DNA of 64,000 nucleotides, from contig CAVPOC010000009.1 of NCBI GenBank assembly GCA_963706955.1, positions 69,339 to 133,338 on the forward strand, in the 5' to 3' direction. Shown piece after piece: positions 61,867 through 64,000 of this stretch (position 1 is the stretch's first letter; the number at the start of each line of letters is the position of its first letter). The position numbers were made by a program, and so were the translations under genes. Origin of the DNA: an uncultured Verrucomicrobiae bacterium. Its GTDB lineage: Bacteria > Verrucomicrobiota > Verrucomicrobiia > Chthoniobacterales > Terrimicrobiaceae. The notes below the pieces were generated by a model. It saw nothing but the letters and a program-made list of their open reading frames with translations. It made no database searches and had not been told where the DNA came from.

Positions 61867-63585
61867 ATGAAAAGCGCGGCGCATCGCTTTTCATGGGCAA
61901 GCGAGCGCCGTATCGCCTTACGGATTAAGAGAAGTCAAACTCATATTCTTCTTGCCGCGCGCTCGCGCTCGGTGCTTGCGCGCCATTGGCGGAGGTAAGC
62001 AAAACTGAGCCAAAGCTAGGCGCGCAATATGGAACAATTGCCGAGCTTCGCCGCGCTGAGCAGGCGATCGCCGACGCCCAAAAGTTAAAGCGCACGGATC
62101 CAAACAGAGCGGTTGGCTTTTATCTGTGTGGGCTTGAAGCAGCAGCGAAAGAACTGCGTAAGAACCCCAGGGATCGGCTGGCTCTGCGTGATTATAACTT
62201 CGCCTTATCCCGCGTGTTTTCGATAATTCGAGACGCTCACCTCGACCCTTGGACGCATCCGTTACACGTGCCGGCACCTGATGGCGGCGAATATGTTCTC
62301 ACACAGCGCCCAGCTGCGAACCGGCTCTGGAAACCACAGGAATTCGACCTGATTCCTGCCGACGAACTTAATGTGCGTGGCAAATTTGTCGTTCCTCGCG
62401 TGACTCGTCAGGGCATCGGTGCGTCATTGGTCGCCGTTCGCAGCCAGCAAGCTCCAAGGATTCGACAACGCTTTGTTCCGCCGCGTATTTACCTGGCTGT
62501 GACGGCGGTGGCCCATTTGAGCGGGCGCAAGTTCGAAATCGAATTCATCGATCCACTTTCCATGGAAACCGCAACCCTATCAGGTCGAAGTCTACCATCC
62601 GGCGCGGACTTTACAGCCCCATTGGCCATGGGTTTGTCCGGCGAACGACCTGAGAGGATCGGTCTGCCGGCGATGCTCGACCCGGAGAGATTCGCCAGCA
62701 CGGCCCGCCTCACACAAGTCCAACCGTACGATCCCAAAAAGATCCCCCTGCTCTTTGTTCACGGTCTTCAGAGCACGCCGGTGACTTGGGTCCCACTGGT
62801 GAACACGATCTGGGCTGATCCTATCCTGCGCCGGAACTATCAGGTCTGGGTATTCAGCTACCCAAGCGGCTATCCCATACCATACTCAGCGTTGCTGCTC
62901 CGACGCGAGCTCGACGCCTTAAACAAAACCTTCCCGAATCACCGTCAGATTGTTTTGGTTGGCCATAGCATGGGCGGCATTCTTAGCCGCCTTATGATCA
63001 CTGACTCCAGCGGTGACAAAGTTTGGCGCTACTTCTTCGGCACATTGCCGGCGCAAACCAAACTCTCTCCGGAAAGTAAGGCGTTGGTCAGGGAGGCCTT
63101 CGTCTTTAAACGTCGGCGCGATGTGGCGCGGGTTATTTTCATCTCTACGCCACATCGCGGTAGCTTGATCGCAGGAAGTCCGGTCGGTCGAATCGCATCG
63201 GGCATGATTCGTAAGTCGGTAGAATTTGTAAGGCTGGGCCCCGAGATTTTACAGGCATCCGTTGTTCAGGAGGACCCAGGCGTCATGAAACTAAAACGAA
63301 TGCCGAACAGCATCGACACACTTTCGCCTAACGACCCTTTTGTGAAAATCATGAACGCGCTGCCACTGGCGAAAGGCGTTCCCTATCATTCTATCATCGG
63401 TGACCGTGGTCGCGGAGATACGCCCCACAGCAGCGATGGTGTCGTCCCGTATTGGAGCTCGCATGTCGGCGGAGCCGAATCCGAGAAGATTGTGCCGTCT
63501 GATCACGGCGCAGATCGGAATCCCGAAGGGATCGCCGAGGTCGTTAGAATCCTTAAGGAACACATCGAAAGCAAAGGATCAGTGA
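61867..63585 (+). CDS. Lipoprotein alpha/beta hydrolase (lipase/esterase-like), absent from the ORF track; frameshift near 61960, end approximate
   Basis: Manual translation: LALGA-C lipobox, LFVHGL, FSYPSG, VGHSMGG, STPHRGS, SDGVVPY, DH. Confidence 0.85.
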
Positions 63586-63824
63586 GAAAAGGCAGCCAAG
63601 GATTTTCAGACAGGGAATGCTGGATGCTTCAGCTCCGCGATAGATTGTTCGCCCACACCGCTCACGAGATGGCCCCACCAAAAAGGTCCAAGAGTCAATT
63701 TTTTCGAAATAAGGGCCTCCTACAGAGAGATTTTCAGATAAACCAAAGTGTAGCAGACCTGTTTTCGCACAGAGCAGAAGACGGCAAAATGGGCGCTCAG
63801 CGAGCTGCTCGAGAAGGCAAATCC

Positions 63825-64000
63825 ATGAACTCTACAGCAAGAATCGGTCCGAGCTTTCCCTTGGGTGCAACGATTATTGGAGGCGCCAATTTCAGCCTCT
63901 TCCCTCGGGGCGCCACGGGCGTCGAGTTGTTTTTTTTTGACAACGAGAGCGACGCTCGACCATCACGCGTCATTCCCATCGACCCTGCGGCAAACCGCAC
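63825..64000 (+). CDS. glgX: Glycogen debranching enzyme, N-terminus (3'-truncated by window edge)
   Basis: GPSFPLGAT...ANFSLF..GATGVELFFFD...PSRVIPIDP..NR. Confidence 0.82.
   Translation, partial: MNSTARIGPSFPLGATIIGGANFSLFPRGATGVELFFFDNESDARPSRVIPIDPAANR

Noticed and set aside
1..64000. CRISPR array, rRNA, prophage or intact transposase/integrase
   Set aside because: No regularly spaced repeats, rRNA-like sequence, phage structural genes or full-length recombinase seen

Overview
64 kb of bacterial DNA. Gene style and repeats suggest a soil Verrucomicrobium (Chthoniobacterales-like); this is an inference. 1-19 kb looks largely chromosomal: a sugar ABC transporter with two GH31 glycosidases and an aldo/keto reductase, a type III PKS-methyltransferase-FAD oxidoreductase cluster, a cysteine desulfurase, a lemA-trpE-trpG-DUF62-HAD run, OsmC, tag and PTS Enzyme I. 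19-33 kb is a patchwork of accessory oxidoreductases, hydrolases and gene fragments ending at a tRNA-Leu. From 34 kb an island-like region begins at a second tRNA-Leu 3' fragment. It holds type I R-M remnants, a P1B-4 metal ATPase, a HEPN-like orphan, a solitary integron cassette with a canonical attC, an esterase / cNMP-domain / cNMP-acyltransferase trio, a Co-type nitrile hydratase operon with HupE/UreJ, mandelate racemase-like and LarA-like enzymes, HPr and AroQ. It ends in a general-stress block (LigD, EcsC, CsbD, histidine kinase, BON, GlgX start). Many single-base indels suggest long-read error and/or decay. Best leads: the cNMP-acyltransferase/esterase module, a tandem GTAAC-N21-GTTAC operator pair beside a CGNR zinc-finger gene, the Co/Ni nitrile-racemase cluster, the orphan attC cassette, and a diverged three-copy leader repeat. 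All protein calls come from motif recognition by eye; no searches were run.
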